Source of the DNA: an uncultured Verrucomicrobiae bacterium
GTDB lineage: Bacteria > Verrucomicrobiota > Verrucomicrobiia > Limisphaerales > Palsa-1400
Reading direction: 5' to 3'
NCBI GenBank assembly: GCA_963702845.1
Contig: OY969763.1
Location: 4,576,001-4,640,000 of the forward strand
DNA length: 64,000 nucleotides
Positions 1-9,267 of this stretch are shown in pieces. The notes under the pieces were generated by a model that did no database searches, was not told the origin of the DNA, and worked only from the letters and a program-made list of their open reading frames with translations. The position numbers and the translations under genes are program-made. The stretch's first letter is position 1. The number at the start of each line of letters is the position of its first letter.

Positions 1-3000
1 GATGAAATGTTGGCGACCGTTTTCGTTGCCGATTAATGGGGTGCCGTCAAAATTACGATTTGGGCTCGGTGGATAATTTGTCAGTGAACTGACGTAGGCG
101 GCCAAGGCGTCGAGCTCGGGGCTGATACCGGTTTTGGGAGTGCCGAGGGAAGTGTTGCGGGTTTGGAAATTGAAATCGGTGTCGGACATGAAACCGGTTC
201 CGCCAAACGCGTTTCTGATGTCGCCTTCGAAGTCCTGAATTTCGTCGAAGTTGGCGGACCAATGGACGAGCCCCTGCCCCATTCCGCGTCGGCCTTCGAG
301 GGTCGTGGTGTTGCGCAGGCCTTCGCCGCGATCGGTGAAATCCCATGTGCGGCCATCGTGACCGCCGTCGAGATGGCAACTGATGCAGGTGAGATAGCCT
401 TCGTCGGCCATGCGCGGATCTGCGGCACTGTAGAAGATGCGTTTGCCGGCGAGGACCTGCGGGGAGAGTTTTTCGGTCGCGACGATATTGGTGGCGATCG
501 GCGTGATGACACTGGAGGTTCCGGCGGCGACGGCGGCGATGTCATAAGCGCTGATGGAGCGCGCCAGGAAATTGAGGACGTAAACACGCGAGCCGGACGG
601 ATTGATACAGATGCTTTGTGGGGCGTCGGGAGTGTCAATGGAACTAAGGCTATTGCGCGTCGCGGTGTCGAAAACGCGGAGTTCGTTGTTCCCCTGGTAA
701 ACAATGTAGGCGAGATCGCCCAACGGGGAAAAACACATCGAGCCGGGGATGGAATGGTTGTCGACGTCGAGTCGTGCAGTGAGGTCTTCGGCGTTTGTGA
801 CTAGGTCGATTTGAGAAATAATGGAGCGGACGGTGTTGTCGTGGGTGAGCATTTGCCCGTCGCGGAACAGGCCTCGGGCGATGTTGTCTTTTTTCGATGG
901 AACCCAAGCGCGTCGGCCATCGGGTGTGATGGCGGCCGCAATTAAATAATTGGGAACGCCGCGTCCAGTGTTTTCGCCGTCGACGGTATTGTCGAAGGCG
1001 AGAGGGAGCGTCCGCGTGAGAGACATATTTGAGGCGTTGATATCCCAGACCTCACCCTGGGTATCGGGTGAAATGAATCGGGTGGCCAACAGGCGTGTGC
1101 CATCACCGCTCAACGCGAGCGAGCTGACGCCCGCGTTGCCCGGCCCACAGATGGCTATGGGTGTTAAGGTGTCACACGAGAGTTTAGTGATTGAACCAGC
1201 GCGGCCGGCAACGAACACGCTCAATCCATCTGGCGAGATAACCAATGCGTCCGGGCCGAAACCATATCCCAAATCTGTGTTAGTAATGAGAACTCCACTG
1301 GTCGCGTTTAGGACTGACAGGGACGCACTTCGTTCACATGCCACAAAAATTTGATTTGCGCCGGGTCGCAACGCGAATGAACGCGGTTTTTTGCCAACGG
1401 CGATTTCCATTTCTTTGGCAAGAGTGAGCGCGTTGATGCGACTGACGCTGTCGCTGTCCGGATTGACGCACCAGATTTTGTCGGTGGATGAGTCGTAGAT
1501 GATTTGCGAGGAGATTTTGGGGGTTGAAGTAGGAATCGAGTAATGGACGTTGATGAGCAATCGACTCGATACGGTGGTGATGCCGTCATCAACTTGGAGG
1601 ACGACGGAATATCTTCCCGGCGCTGCGAACGAGTGCGAGACGGTGGAGACGCCGTTAGTTGGCGCGGAGCCGTCGCCGAAGTTAAAAGTAAAATTCAGCT
1701 TGTCGGCATCGACGTCAGCAGCGGCGGTCGTAAATGTGACTGATTGTCCGACGAGTGGTGTGTTGGTGGAGGCGATGAATGATTGGATTGTGGGAGGAGT
1801 ATTTTGTTTGGCGGCGAGGGCAGCAATTTCGTCGGATGTTAGCGCGCGATTGAAAATGCGGACGTCGTCGATGTTGCCTTTAAATTGAAAATTTCCCCCG
1901 GACATGGCGGCGACGGTGAGGGGGTTGGCATTGGCGAAGTCCGTGCGAACGGTTCCAGTCGTCGCGACTTGAGTTCCGCCGTAGAAAATTTTTCCAGTGC
2001 CAGCGGTGCGATCAATAACGACGGCGAGGTGGTTCCATTGGTTGGTGGCAAAGACGCCAGTGCCGGTCGCGAGCACTGCGCCAGCTGAACCGTTGCCGGT
2101 TTCGAGACGGATGGTTCGGTCGGAGGTCAAATAAGTATTGATGAAGAAACGGAAGCCGCTGGTGCCGCTGCCGGAAGCGGAGTTGGCGAGGAGGGTTTCG
2201 ATGTCGGCGCCGTTGGTCGCTATGCGCGCCCAGAGCGAGAGGGTGAATTGGTTTGAGAGCGTGACGGACGCGGCCGATGCATAGGCGCTGGAGCCGGAAA
2301 GCGAAAGTGAATATGAGCCGAGCGCGCTGTTGGTGGAATAGCCGGCGTTTCCAATCAGTGTGGCGAGATGTTGGTTGCCGGTGGTGTCTTCGCCGTTTTG
2401 CTCGAAGGGCCAGCGCAGAACCATGTTTGTCACTGTGGTGTTGGTGGCGACACTGCCCCCGGTCGAGAAATGTGAGTTAAAGGGTTGGGTGATTGCGTTT
2501 CCGGCAGCGTCGCGGATGCCGCCAATGGGGAGAATGATTTCGTAATCGGTATTGTTTTGGAGCGGTTGCGCGGGCGTGAAGTTGATCATGCCGAGCTGAG
2601 TTGAATACGTGCCGTTCAACGCGCTGCCGCCGACGGGGCGAACGATGAAGGAATTTGTCGTGAGTGAAAGGACGTCGATCTGGTCGTCCATGACGAAGCC
2701 GACGCGGGATTTGAGACCTTGATTGCGCGCGCCGTCGGGTGGATTGACGTAAGTGACGACGGGTCCGTTGGTGTCGGGCACTTGTTGAATGGGAACAATA
2801 GAGCAGCGATTGTCGGTAGTGCCGCTGCCGCCGGTGATGGCCATGTTGCCGAGGAGTTGAACGAAATCAGCGCCGCCGCCGAGCGGCCAATTGTTCAAGA
2901 CGGCGAGTGTTGTGGCGTCGAAGACGGTGATTTTTGCTGCGCCGGGTGTGCAGTAGCCTTTGCCGTTTTTGAGCATGACGTAGCGTGGGTTGCTTCCGGA

Positions 3001-3849
3001 AAATGGGATGAAGCCGACGACTTTGATGTTTGTTGGATCGGAGAAATCGTAAACACGAATACCGTTGGCGGTTTCGCATTGGTAAACGCGCGAGCCATAG
3101 ACCATCGAGGTGTAAACAGGCTGGCCGGTGACGAGGGAGCCGAGGAGTTTTGGGTTTGCCGGATCGCTGATGTCGAAGGTGGCAACGCCGGCGGCTTGGG
3201 AGGCGGAGCAGACGAGGAGATTTCCGATGGCGTGCAGCGAACCGACTGCAAACGGAATGAAGCTTCCGAGGTCGATGAGGCCAATTTGTGTTCCGGTGCC
3301 GGTGGTGACGTCGACGATTTCCATGAGGTTTGCGTCGGTGGCGTAACCGTTGCGCGGACGGAAGACGTATGGGATTTGCCCCATGTACCAAACTGGATTG
3401 ACGCTGCCGATGTAAGTGGAAAGGAGGGTTTTATTTTCGACATCCCAGATGTTGAAGTTCTTGTTGTTCTGAAAGCCGTCGATCATTTTGCTGCCCCAGA
3501 ACGCGATCATGTGCGGTTTGTTGCCCCCGGCCGTTTTTTGCGAAAGCAAGACTGGAGAGCGCGGATTGGATAGATCGTACCAACTGATTTTTCCGGAGAC
3601 AGTTGGGTCCGGCGAAACGGAATGGGCGGCTTCGATGATCAAGTAGCCGTGTTCGAAGGCGTTCATCGTTGGTTGATAACCGATGATGGTTTTGTCGAAG
3701 GTGTAGATTTCTTTACCGATCTCGGATGCGAGCCAAGTTGGCTGAACAACTCCCGGACCGGGTGCGGCAAGAACAGAGGTCGCGAGGATAAGGCCCAGCA
3801 GTAAAATAAACGAAGGAACGATTCGGAAGGAGGGGTGCACTGGGATCAT
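1..3849 (-). CDS. Large secreted multidomain protein: signal peptide, N-terminal beta-propeller-like region, Ig-like (Big_5/SbsA), LamG/ConA-like, PKD, YVTN-type beta-propeller, cytochrome c domain; 3' end outside window
   Basis: Hand-translated in segments; start and window end are in the same frame and the ORF track lists no stop-terminated ORF in it. N-term MIPVHPSFRIVPSFILLLGLILATSVLA; Ig-like 'DTNGPVVTYVNPTDGARNQ...IRDAAGN...FSTG' (~2460-2775); LamG 'FTLSLWARI...NQWNHLAVV...FKGNIDDVRIFNRALT' (~1835-2430); PKD 'FTFNFGDGS' (~1670-1695); 'WCVNPDSDSVSRI...IAVGKKPRS'; heme motif CISCH at 373-387 followed by 'VHWSANFDEIQDFE'. Confidence 0.85.
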   Translation of the reverse strand, partial: MIPVHPSFRIVPSFILLLGLILATSVLAAPGPGVVQPTWLASEIGKEIYTFDKTIIGYQPTMNAFEHGYLIIEAAHSVSPDPTVSGKISWYDLSNPRSPVLLSQKTAGGNKPHMIAFWGSKMIDGFQNNKNFNIWDVENKTLLSTYIGSVNPVWYMGQIPYVFRPRNGYATDANLMEIVDVTTGTGTQIGLIDLGSFIPFAVGSLHAIGNLLVCSASQAAGVATFDISDPANPKLLGSLVTGQPVYTSMVYGSRVYQCETANGIRVYDFSDPTNIKVVGFIPFSGSNPRYVMLKNGKGYCTPGAAKITVFDATTLAVLNNWPLGGGADFVQLLGNMAITGGSGTTDNRCSIVPIQQVPDTNGPVVTYVNPPDGARNQGLKSRVGFVMDDQIDVLSLTTNSFIVRPVGGSALNGTYSTQLGMINFTPAQPLQNNTDYEIILPIGGIRDAAGNAITQPFNSHFSTGGSVATNTTVTNMVLRWPFEQNGEDTTGNQHLATLIGNAGYSTNSALGSYSLSLSGSSAYASAASVTLSNQFTLSLWARIATNGADIETLLANSASGSGTSGFRFFINTYLTSDRTIRLETGNGSAGAVLATGTGVFATNQWNHLAVVIDRTAGTGKIFYGGTQVATTGTVRTDFANANPLTVAAMSGGNFQFKGNIDDVRIFNRALTSDEIAALAAKQNTPPTIQSFIASTNTPLVGQSVTFTTAAADVDADKLNFTFNFGDGSAPTNGVSTVSHSFAAPGRYSVVLQVDDGITTVSSRLLINVHYSIPTSTPKISSQIIYDSSTDKIWCVNPDSDSVSRINALTLAKEMEIAVGKKPRSFALRPGANQIFVACERSASLSVLNATSGVLITNTDLGYGFGPDALVISPDGLSVFVAGRAGSITKLSCDTLTPIAICGPGNAGVSSLALSGDGTRLLATRFISPDTQGEVWDINASNMSLTRTLPLAFDNTVDGENTGRGVPNYLIAAAITPDGRRAWVPSKKDNIARGLFRDGQMLTHDNTVRSIISQIDLVTNAEDLTARLDVDNHSIPGSMCFSPLGDLAYIVYQGNNELRVFDTATRNSLSSIDTPDAPQSICINPSGSRVYVLNFLARSISAYDIAAVAAGTSSVITPIATNIVATEKLSPQVLAGKRIFYSAADPRMADEGYLTCISCHLDGGHDGRTWDFTDRGEGLRNTTTLEGRRGMGQGLVHWSANFDEIQDFEGDIRNAFGGTGFMSDTDFNFQTRNTSLGTPKTGISPELDALAAYVSSLTNYPPSPNRNFDGTPLIGNENGRQHFI

Positions 3850-3895
3850 CAAGATGCCTGCGCGCCGGGTTTCTGACAAGGTGTATCCCGCTGCT

Positions 3896-5425
3896 CTAAG
3901 AGATACCTTGCATGTGCCTGGATTGTCGCGCCGGGGCGAGATGCGATTGCGGAGATTGCGCCCGCGTTTCGGCAATGTAATCAGCCAAAAACGGCGGCCG
4001 TTCAGTGCGGCCTGAGCGCTGCCAATCGCGCCAAAGACATTCTGCCACGTGTTGAGCTGGCAAGGAATTTTCGGCCGTTAAATAGCGGAACAACATTTCC
4101 GCAAGGTACGCGAGTGCGATGCTGTGTTGGCGTCGCACCTTGGCGTAAAACCAATCGCTAAATTTGAAGAAGGCGTTAAATGGCGACTGCTCGGTGCTCC
4201 AGAGCAGCGGGGTGGTCTCGAGAAAATTTCCGCTGTTCGCCACAAGGTCCCAGTATTTGGCGAAGCGACGCAGACGTTGCATGGTTGCGAAATCGAGCAG
4301 CTTGTTCTGCAAAATTTCGTAGGCCGGATTCGCGCTGTAAACCATCCCCCATTCTTTATCGTGGCGAACAATTGGAGTGCCACGAAGGCGTTTTAAGATA
4401 CCAACCTGGATCTCCTGCGGCCGCATGGCGACGAGACGGTCGAAACCGGCGGCGAAGCTTTCCAGCGTTTCGCCAGGCAAACCAATAATCAAATCGGCGT
4501 GGATATGAACGCCGGTGTGTTCGCGCAGATAACAAAAGTTATCGGCCGTTTTGGTGAAATCGTTACGGCGACTGATATTTTTTGCCACATCGGCGTTGAA
4601 CGTTTGAATGCCGACTTCGAACTGCAACGCACCCACGGGGAATTTCGCGATGATCTCGCGCAGCGCTTCTGGCAAGCGATCCGGAATCATTTCGAAGTGA
4701 ACGAACAAACTGGGGCAATAACGTTCCAGAAAAAATTCGAGGATGCGTCGACCGCTATTGATGTTCAGGTTGAAGGTCCGATCGACGAACTTGAATTGTT
4801 TCACGCCGCGATCAAGCAGCTTTTGCATTTCGCCGAGCAACGATTCGATATCGAACTGCCGCACCGGAATATCCAGCGACGACAAACAAAATTCGCACGT
4901 GAATGGACACCCGCGCGAGGCTTCGACGTAAATGACGCGATGTGCCACGTCGTCATCGTTATAAAGTTCGTAGGGCAATTTCAGCTTCGCCAACTCGGGT
5001 AGCTCTGCGGGAATAACTTTATTTGCGGGCGCGTTGCCATTGAGGATCTGTCCGCAAACTTCCGCAAACTTCAAATCCGCTTCGCCGGTGATGACGTAGT
5101 CGGCGAGACGAGTTATTTCCTGCTGATCAGTTTCGAAACTGACTTCCGGGCCGCCAACGATGACGCAAAGGTCAGGACGGATGCGTTTCAAAGCCGCGAC
5201 AAGCTCCGTTGCCGGGGTCACGTTCCAGATATAAACGCCGATGCCGACAATCTTCGGGTTTTGCGCGAGAATGACTTCCGCGACGTCGAGCGGCTTTTGG
5301 TTAATATCGAACTCAATCAGGCACGCCCTTTCGCGCAGCGCGCCAAGATTGGCCAGCAGGTAGCGCAATCCAAAAGCAGCATGGATGTACTTGGCGTTTA
5401 GCGTTGTAAGGACGATGTCCGGCAC
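3896..5425 (-). CDS. B12-binding-domain radical SAM protein (DUF4080-type C-terminus)
   Basis: [11 protein letters not shown] radical SAM motif; N-terminal cobalamin-binding fold ([18 protein letters not shown]). GTG at 5425 preferred over TTG at 5434. Confidence 0.9.
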   Translation of the reverse strand: MPDIVLTTLNAKYIHAAFGLRYLLANLGALRERACLIEFDINQKPLDVAEVILAQNPKIVGIGVYIWNVTPATELVAALKRIRPDLCVIVGGPEVSFETDQQEITRLADYVITGEADLKFAEVCGQILNGNAPANKVIPAELPELAKLKLPYELYNDDDVAHRVIYVEASRGCPFTCEFCLSSLDIPVRQFDIESLLGEMQKLLDRGVKQFKFVDRTFNLNINSGRRILEFFLERYCPSLFVHFEMIPDRLPEALREIIAKFPVGALQFEVGIQTFNADVAKNISRRNDFTKTADNFCYLREHTGVHIHADLIIGLPGETLESFAAGFDRLVAMRPQEIQVGILKRLRGTPIVRHDKEWGMVYSANPAYEILQNKLLDFATMQRLRRFAKYWDLVANSGNFLETTPLLWSTEQSPFNAFFKFSDWFYAKVRRQHSIALAYLAEMLFRYLTAENSLPAQHVAECLWRDWQRSGRTERPPFLADYIAETRAQSPQSHLAPARQSRHMQGIS

Positions 5426-5471
5426 TCGCGCCAATCTAGCGTCAACACGCGCTCAAACCAAGCTCGGGAAA

Positions 5472-5492
5472 TTTTCACGCACCGCGTGAAAA
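5472..5492. promoter_or_regulatory. Perfect inverted repeat TTTTCACGC-acc-GCGTGAAAA, candidate activator (UAS) or operator site
   Basis: 9-bp arms with a 3-nt spacer in a divergent intergenic region, about 110-130 bp upstream of a sigma-54 motif. Confidence 0.5.
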
Positions 5493-5558
5493 ACTCACGC
5501 AAGTTTGTTTGATTTGAGTCACCCCCCGCTTTTCCAATAAAACCACCAAATGCCTAGA

Positions 5559-5571
5559 AATCAGAGTCTTA
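5559..5571 (+). promoter_or_regulatory. IHF-consensus site
   Basis: AATCAGAGTCTTA matches WATCAR-N4-TTR and lies between the palindrome and the -24/-12 motif. Confidence 0.5.
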
Positions 5572-5599
5572 CACACCATATAAGAACCACCCAAAAACA

Positions 5600-5615
5600 T
5601 GGCATTGTCGATGCT
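5600..5615 (+). promoter_or_regulatory. Sigma-54 (-24/-12) promoter
   Basis: TGGCATTGTCGATGCT has GG-N10-GC spacing, close to TGGCAC-N5-TTGCW. Confidence 0.6.
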
Positions 5616-5642
5616 TAATAAAACTCAGTTGGGTTTCTTGTT

Positions 5643-5822
5643 ATGAAGCGTGATACAAAAGCAAACGAAAGTGGGGAACAAGGACGCGCTGAAAAGCGTG
5701 TGAACGAGAATCGCGCTGCCGTTGATCGAGGTAACGACAGCGAAGTTCGTCCGGAGCTCGGAGTACTCGGCTGGGCGGCTCGTGCGCAACGCCTTTTCGG
5801 CACAATGACACTGCACGCCTAG
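5643..5822 (+). CDS. Small hypothetical protein, 59 aa (not listed in the ORF track)
   Basis: MKRDTKANESGEQGRAEKRVNENRAAVDRGNDSEVRPELGVLGWAARAQRLFGTMTLHA*; directly downstream of the sigma-54 motif; hairpin CTGCACGC-ctagc-GCGTGCAG overlaps the stop. Confidence 0.5.
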   Translation: MKRDTKANESGEQGRAEKRVNENRAAVDRGNDSEVRPELGVLGWAARAQRLFGTMTLHA

Positions 5823-5914
5823 CGCGTGCAGACAATTTGGGAAATAACCGCCGCTGGGTGCGGCGAATTTTTTTGTACCTTCTGCTCCCCTGCCCCGCAG
5901 TGTAAACGTCTGCC

Positions 5915-6529
5915 ATGCGTTTTCGCCTCACCTCCATATGCGCCGCGTTTTTCGTGCTAGTTGGTTGCAAGGTGGCGCAAAGTCCTGATCCAGACCTGGT
6001 GGATGTTGAACACTCTGTGCCGGGTGTTGCTATCGATATCCGTTACGCAACGACGAACAACTTCACCGGACAGCAACTCTATCCCTCTTCGAAATGTTTT
6101 CTGCGCCGTTCCACGGCTGAGAAGCTGGCACGAGTGGAATCTGAATTGCGACCGATGGGGCTTGGTTTGAAAGTGTATGATGGGTATCGGCCGCTCTCGG
6201 TGCAGCGGAAGATGTGGCAGGTTTATCCGCATCCCGGCTACGTCGCCGATCCTAAGAGAGGTTCGCGCCACAACCGCGGCGCCGCCGTGGATTTGACCCT
6301 CATCCACACTAACGGGGCTGAAGTTCAGATGCCAAGTCCATTCGATTCCTTCACCGAAACCGCCCACCGCGACAGCACCAACGCTCCCTCGGACGCGCTC
6401 GTGAATCGTGACTTGCTCGAACGTGTGATGGTTAAGAATGGCTTTGAAGGTTTGCCAACCGAATGGTGGCATTTTGACGATGTTGATTGGCGTCGATATC
6501 CGTTGCTCGACATCATTCCGCAACAGTAA
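5915..6529 (+). CDS. ddpX: D-alanyl-D-alanine dipeptidase (VanX/DdpX, peptidase M15D), predicted lipoprotein
   Basis: DIRYATTNNFTG, DGYRP, SRHNRGAAVDLT and EWWHF motifs; lipobox LVGC. Confidence 0.92.
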   Translation: MRFRLTSICAAFFVLVGCKVAQSPDPDLVDVEHSVPGVAIDIRYATTNNFTGQQLYPSSKCFLRRSTAEKLARVESELRPMGLGLKVYDGYRPLSVQRKMWQVYPHPGYVADPKRGSRHNRGAAVDLTLIHTNGAEVQMPSPFDSFTETAHRDSTNAPSDALVNRDLLERVMVKNGFEGLPTEWWHFDDVDWRRYPLLDIIPQQ

Positions 6530-6592
6530 CGTGGGTTTTGCCATTGCTGGCTTGCTACCACCGGCTTTTTTTTCGTACCTTTCACGCCACGT

Positions 6593-7910
6593 ATGAATAG
6601 AACTACCCACCTCAAACTGTTCCTCATGATGGTTCTCGAGTTTTTCATCTGGGGTGCGTGGTTGCCGTTGATTTTCGGTTATCTGCCAAGCCTCGGTTTC
6701 GCGCCGTGGCAACAATCGATGATTTTGAACGCGTTCCCGGTCGCGGCCATCGTCGGAATGTTCTTCAGTAATCAATTTGCCGATCGCACTTTTGCGGCGG
6801 AGAAATTTTTGGCGTTCAGCCATTTGATCGGCGGCGTGGCGATGATCGGATTGGCGTTCACGCACGATTTTTGGATGTTCTTTTTCTTGATGCTCGTGCA
6901 CTGCCTGTTTTACGTGCCGACGATTTCGATCACCAACTCGATTGCGTTCACGCACATGCAGGATGCGAAAAAGGAATTTGGCATCGTGCGCATGGGTGGA
7001 ACGATCGGTTGGATTCTCGCGGCGTGGCCGTTCACGTTCATTCTCGTCGATTGGGATAAGGTGCACGCGGCCAACCCGTCGGGTGTGGTAAACTGGATCG
7101 GCGCAGTGCTGGGCAATGGATTGAGTGGAGCGGCGCTGCAGAATGCGACTCGTTACACTTATGTTGTCGCCGGCGGCGCTTCGTTGCTGCTCGCGGCGTT
7201 CAGCCTCTTTCTGCCTCACACGCCGCCGAAGAAAGCGGTTGCGACCCAAAACAAACTCGCGTGGCTCGAAGCATGCCGTTTGCTCAAGCACCCGTTCGTC
7301 CTGGTGCTCTGGCTGGTAACGTTCATTGATTCGTTCGTGCACAATTGCTTCTTTAGCTGGACGGGCATGTTCCTTGGCAGCAAAGCGGTCGGAATTCCGG
7401 GCAACTGGATCATGCCGGTGATGAGCATTGGACAGATTGCGGAAATCTCCACGATGGCCATTCTCGGCATCACTCTGAAAAAGCTCGGCTGGCGCACGAC
7501 GATGGTGTTCGGCATTTTCGGTCACGCCGCGCGTTTTGCGGTGTTCGCGTTTATGCCGCAATACCAAGGGTTGATTATCGCCGTGCAACATTCTGCACGG
7601 CATCTGTTACGCGTTCTTCTTCGCGACGGTTTATATTTTCGTCGACGAATATTTTCCGAAAGACGTTCGCGCGAGTGCGCAAGGTTTGTTCAACGTCATG
7701 ATTCTCGGCATCGGCGCGCTGGTCGCCTTTTCCGTTTGTCCGAAAGTGTTCGAGATGTTCACGAAAGATGGCGTGACGAATTTCCGTGCGTTGTTCCTCG
7801 TCCCCTGCGGCGCGGCCGTTTTCGCAGCGATCTCGTTGGCGTTGTTCTTCCATCCGCCGAAAATTGCTCAAGCCAAGACGCAACGCACCGGCGCTACAGT
7901 CGCCAGCTAA
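6593..7910 (+). CDS. MFS transporter, nucleoside:H+ symporter (NupG/XapB-like); frameshift near 7586
   Basis: 'MMVLEFFIWGAW', 'FGIVRMGGTIGW', 'GQIAE'; after removing one base it continues NILHGICYAFFFATVYIFVDEYFPKDVRASAQGLFN to TAA at 7910. Confidence 0.85.
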
Positions 7911-7919
7911 AGGAAACCT

Positions 7920-8705
7920 GTGGAAGTCATTATTCGTCCGGACGAAAACGCGGCGGCCTTGCTCGTCGCGCGCATGGTTGCCAAAGAAATCCGCGCCAAT
8001 CCTTCCATCGTTCTCGGCCTGGCAACCGGCCGCACGATGGAAGCGGTTTACAATTTGCTCGTGGAAATGCACGAGAAGGAAGCTCTGGATTTTTCCCTTT
8101 GTCGCACCTTCAACCTCGATGAATACGTCGGTCTTGGCGCAGAGGATCCCGGTTCGTATCGCTATTACATGAACGATCATTTGTTCGATCATGTGAATAT
8201 CGACCCGCGCAACACGCATTTGCCGGACGGGAAAGCGACCGACCTCGATAAGGAATGCGAACGTTACGAGCAGACGATCGAACGTTGTGGGAAAATTGAC
8301 CTGCAACTGTTGGGCGTCGGCAAGGCGGGCCACATTGGTTTCAACGAGCCACTTTCGGCCCTGCGCTCGCGCACGCGGGTGAAAGCGCTCACACCGACTA
8401 CGCGCGAACAGAACGCGACGATGTTCGGTGGACCTGATAAAGTTCCGCGACGCGCCATCACCATGGGTGTGGGAACGATTCTCGAATGTCGCAAATGTAT
8501 TCTCATGGCGACCGGAAACAGCAAAGCCGAGATCATTGCCAAGTCGGTCGAAGGACCGATCACGTCGATGATTTCGGCGACGGCTTTGCAACTGCACCGC
8601 AAGTGTACCGTTGTCGTGGACGAGGATGCCGCGAGCAAACTGGCCGCGACGGACTACTACCGCTGGATCTTCGATAACGAGCCGGAATGGCAGGAATACC
8701 AGTAA
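7920..8705 (+). CDS. nagB: Glucosamine-6-phosphate deaminase
   Basis: LGLATGRT, FNLDEYVGL, GHIGFNEP and AITMGVGTI motifs. Confidence 0.95.
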   Translation: MEVIIRPDENAAALLVARMVAKEIRANPSIVLGLATGRTMEAVYNLLVEMHEKEALDFSLCRTFNLDEYVGLGAEDPGSYRYYMNDHLFDHVNIDPRNTHLPDGKATDLDKECERYEQTIERCGKIDLQLLGVGKAGHIGFNEPLSALRSRTRVKALTPTTREQNATMFGGPDKVPRRAITMGVGTILECRKCILMATGNSKAEIIAKSVEGPITSMISATALQLHRKCTVVVDEDAASKLAATDYYRWIFDNEPEWQEYQ

Positions 8706-9020
8706 GCCACTGAGGCATCTCGTCGCAAATTCGCGCAAAACTGCGGGATTCTCATCCAAAGCTGTATATCCGACTTCAGGCGTGCCCTGATTGTCTCGTA
8801 ACGGATTTAAGGTAAGTTTCTTACAGATACGACTGCTGCCGGAAAAGTGTCCAAAAAATGGAGACTGTATCACAAAAACTGGGTGGTTTGTCTCAGGTTT
8901 TGATGGTTTGCTGGTTGGTATGCCCGAGAAACAGCACAACTCCTCCTCAATGCGCGAATGGAACGAACCATGCTCTAAAAGCTTTGCTCACGGGCACCTG
9001 CCCGGAGCGGAGGATGCGAT

Positions 9021-9230
9021 ATGAGAAATTCTGAAAATTCGATTCCGTCACCATTCAACAGACGTCACCAATCCAAATTGGAGGTGCGGTTGAATCGGTC
9101 GCTGCAGTATCGCTCCGCGCACAAGGACGAAGCGCCGAGCGCGCAGATTCCGGACGAGACGTCGGAAAAGTATTTCCATCCCGAACGGCAGGGACTCTTT
9201 TGCGATGCGCCACTCGGTTTAAAGTACTGA
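9021..9230 (+). CDS. Small hypothetical protein (69 aa)
   Basis: ATG preceded by GGAGG; fills the gap between nagB and the mfd 3' end; no recognisable family. Confidence 0.4.
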   Translation: MRNSENSIPSPFNRRHQSKLEVRLNRSLQYRSAHKDEAPSAQIPDETSEKYFHPERQGLFCDAPLGLKY

Positions 9231-9267
9231 GCTTCGCCAGAATGCTTTAGGATCGTTAAAGCTGTGT

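Noticed and set aside
53..3804. Short ORFs in the track over 1-3.8 kb (e.g. 163..804, 2719..3573)
   Set aside because: Shadow frames of the single long minus-strand gene
5915..6529. Vancomycin-resistance locus
   Set aside because: VanX-like gene only; no vanH, vanA or vanRS, and such dipeptidases are common housekeeping enzymes
5957..8939. Long minus-strand ORFs 5957..7603 and 7575..8939
   Set aside because: Antisense shadows of ddpX, the MFS gene and nagB, with no protein motifs
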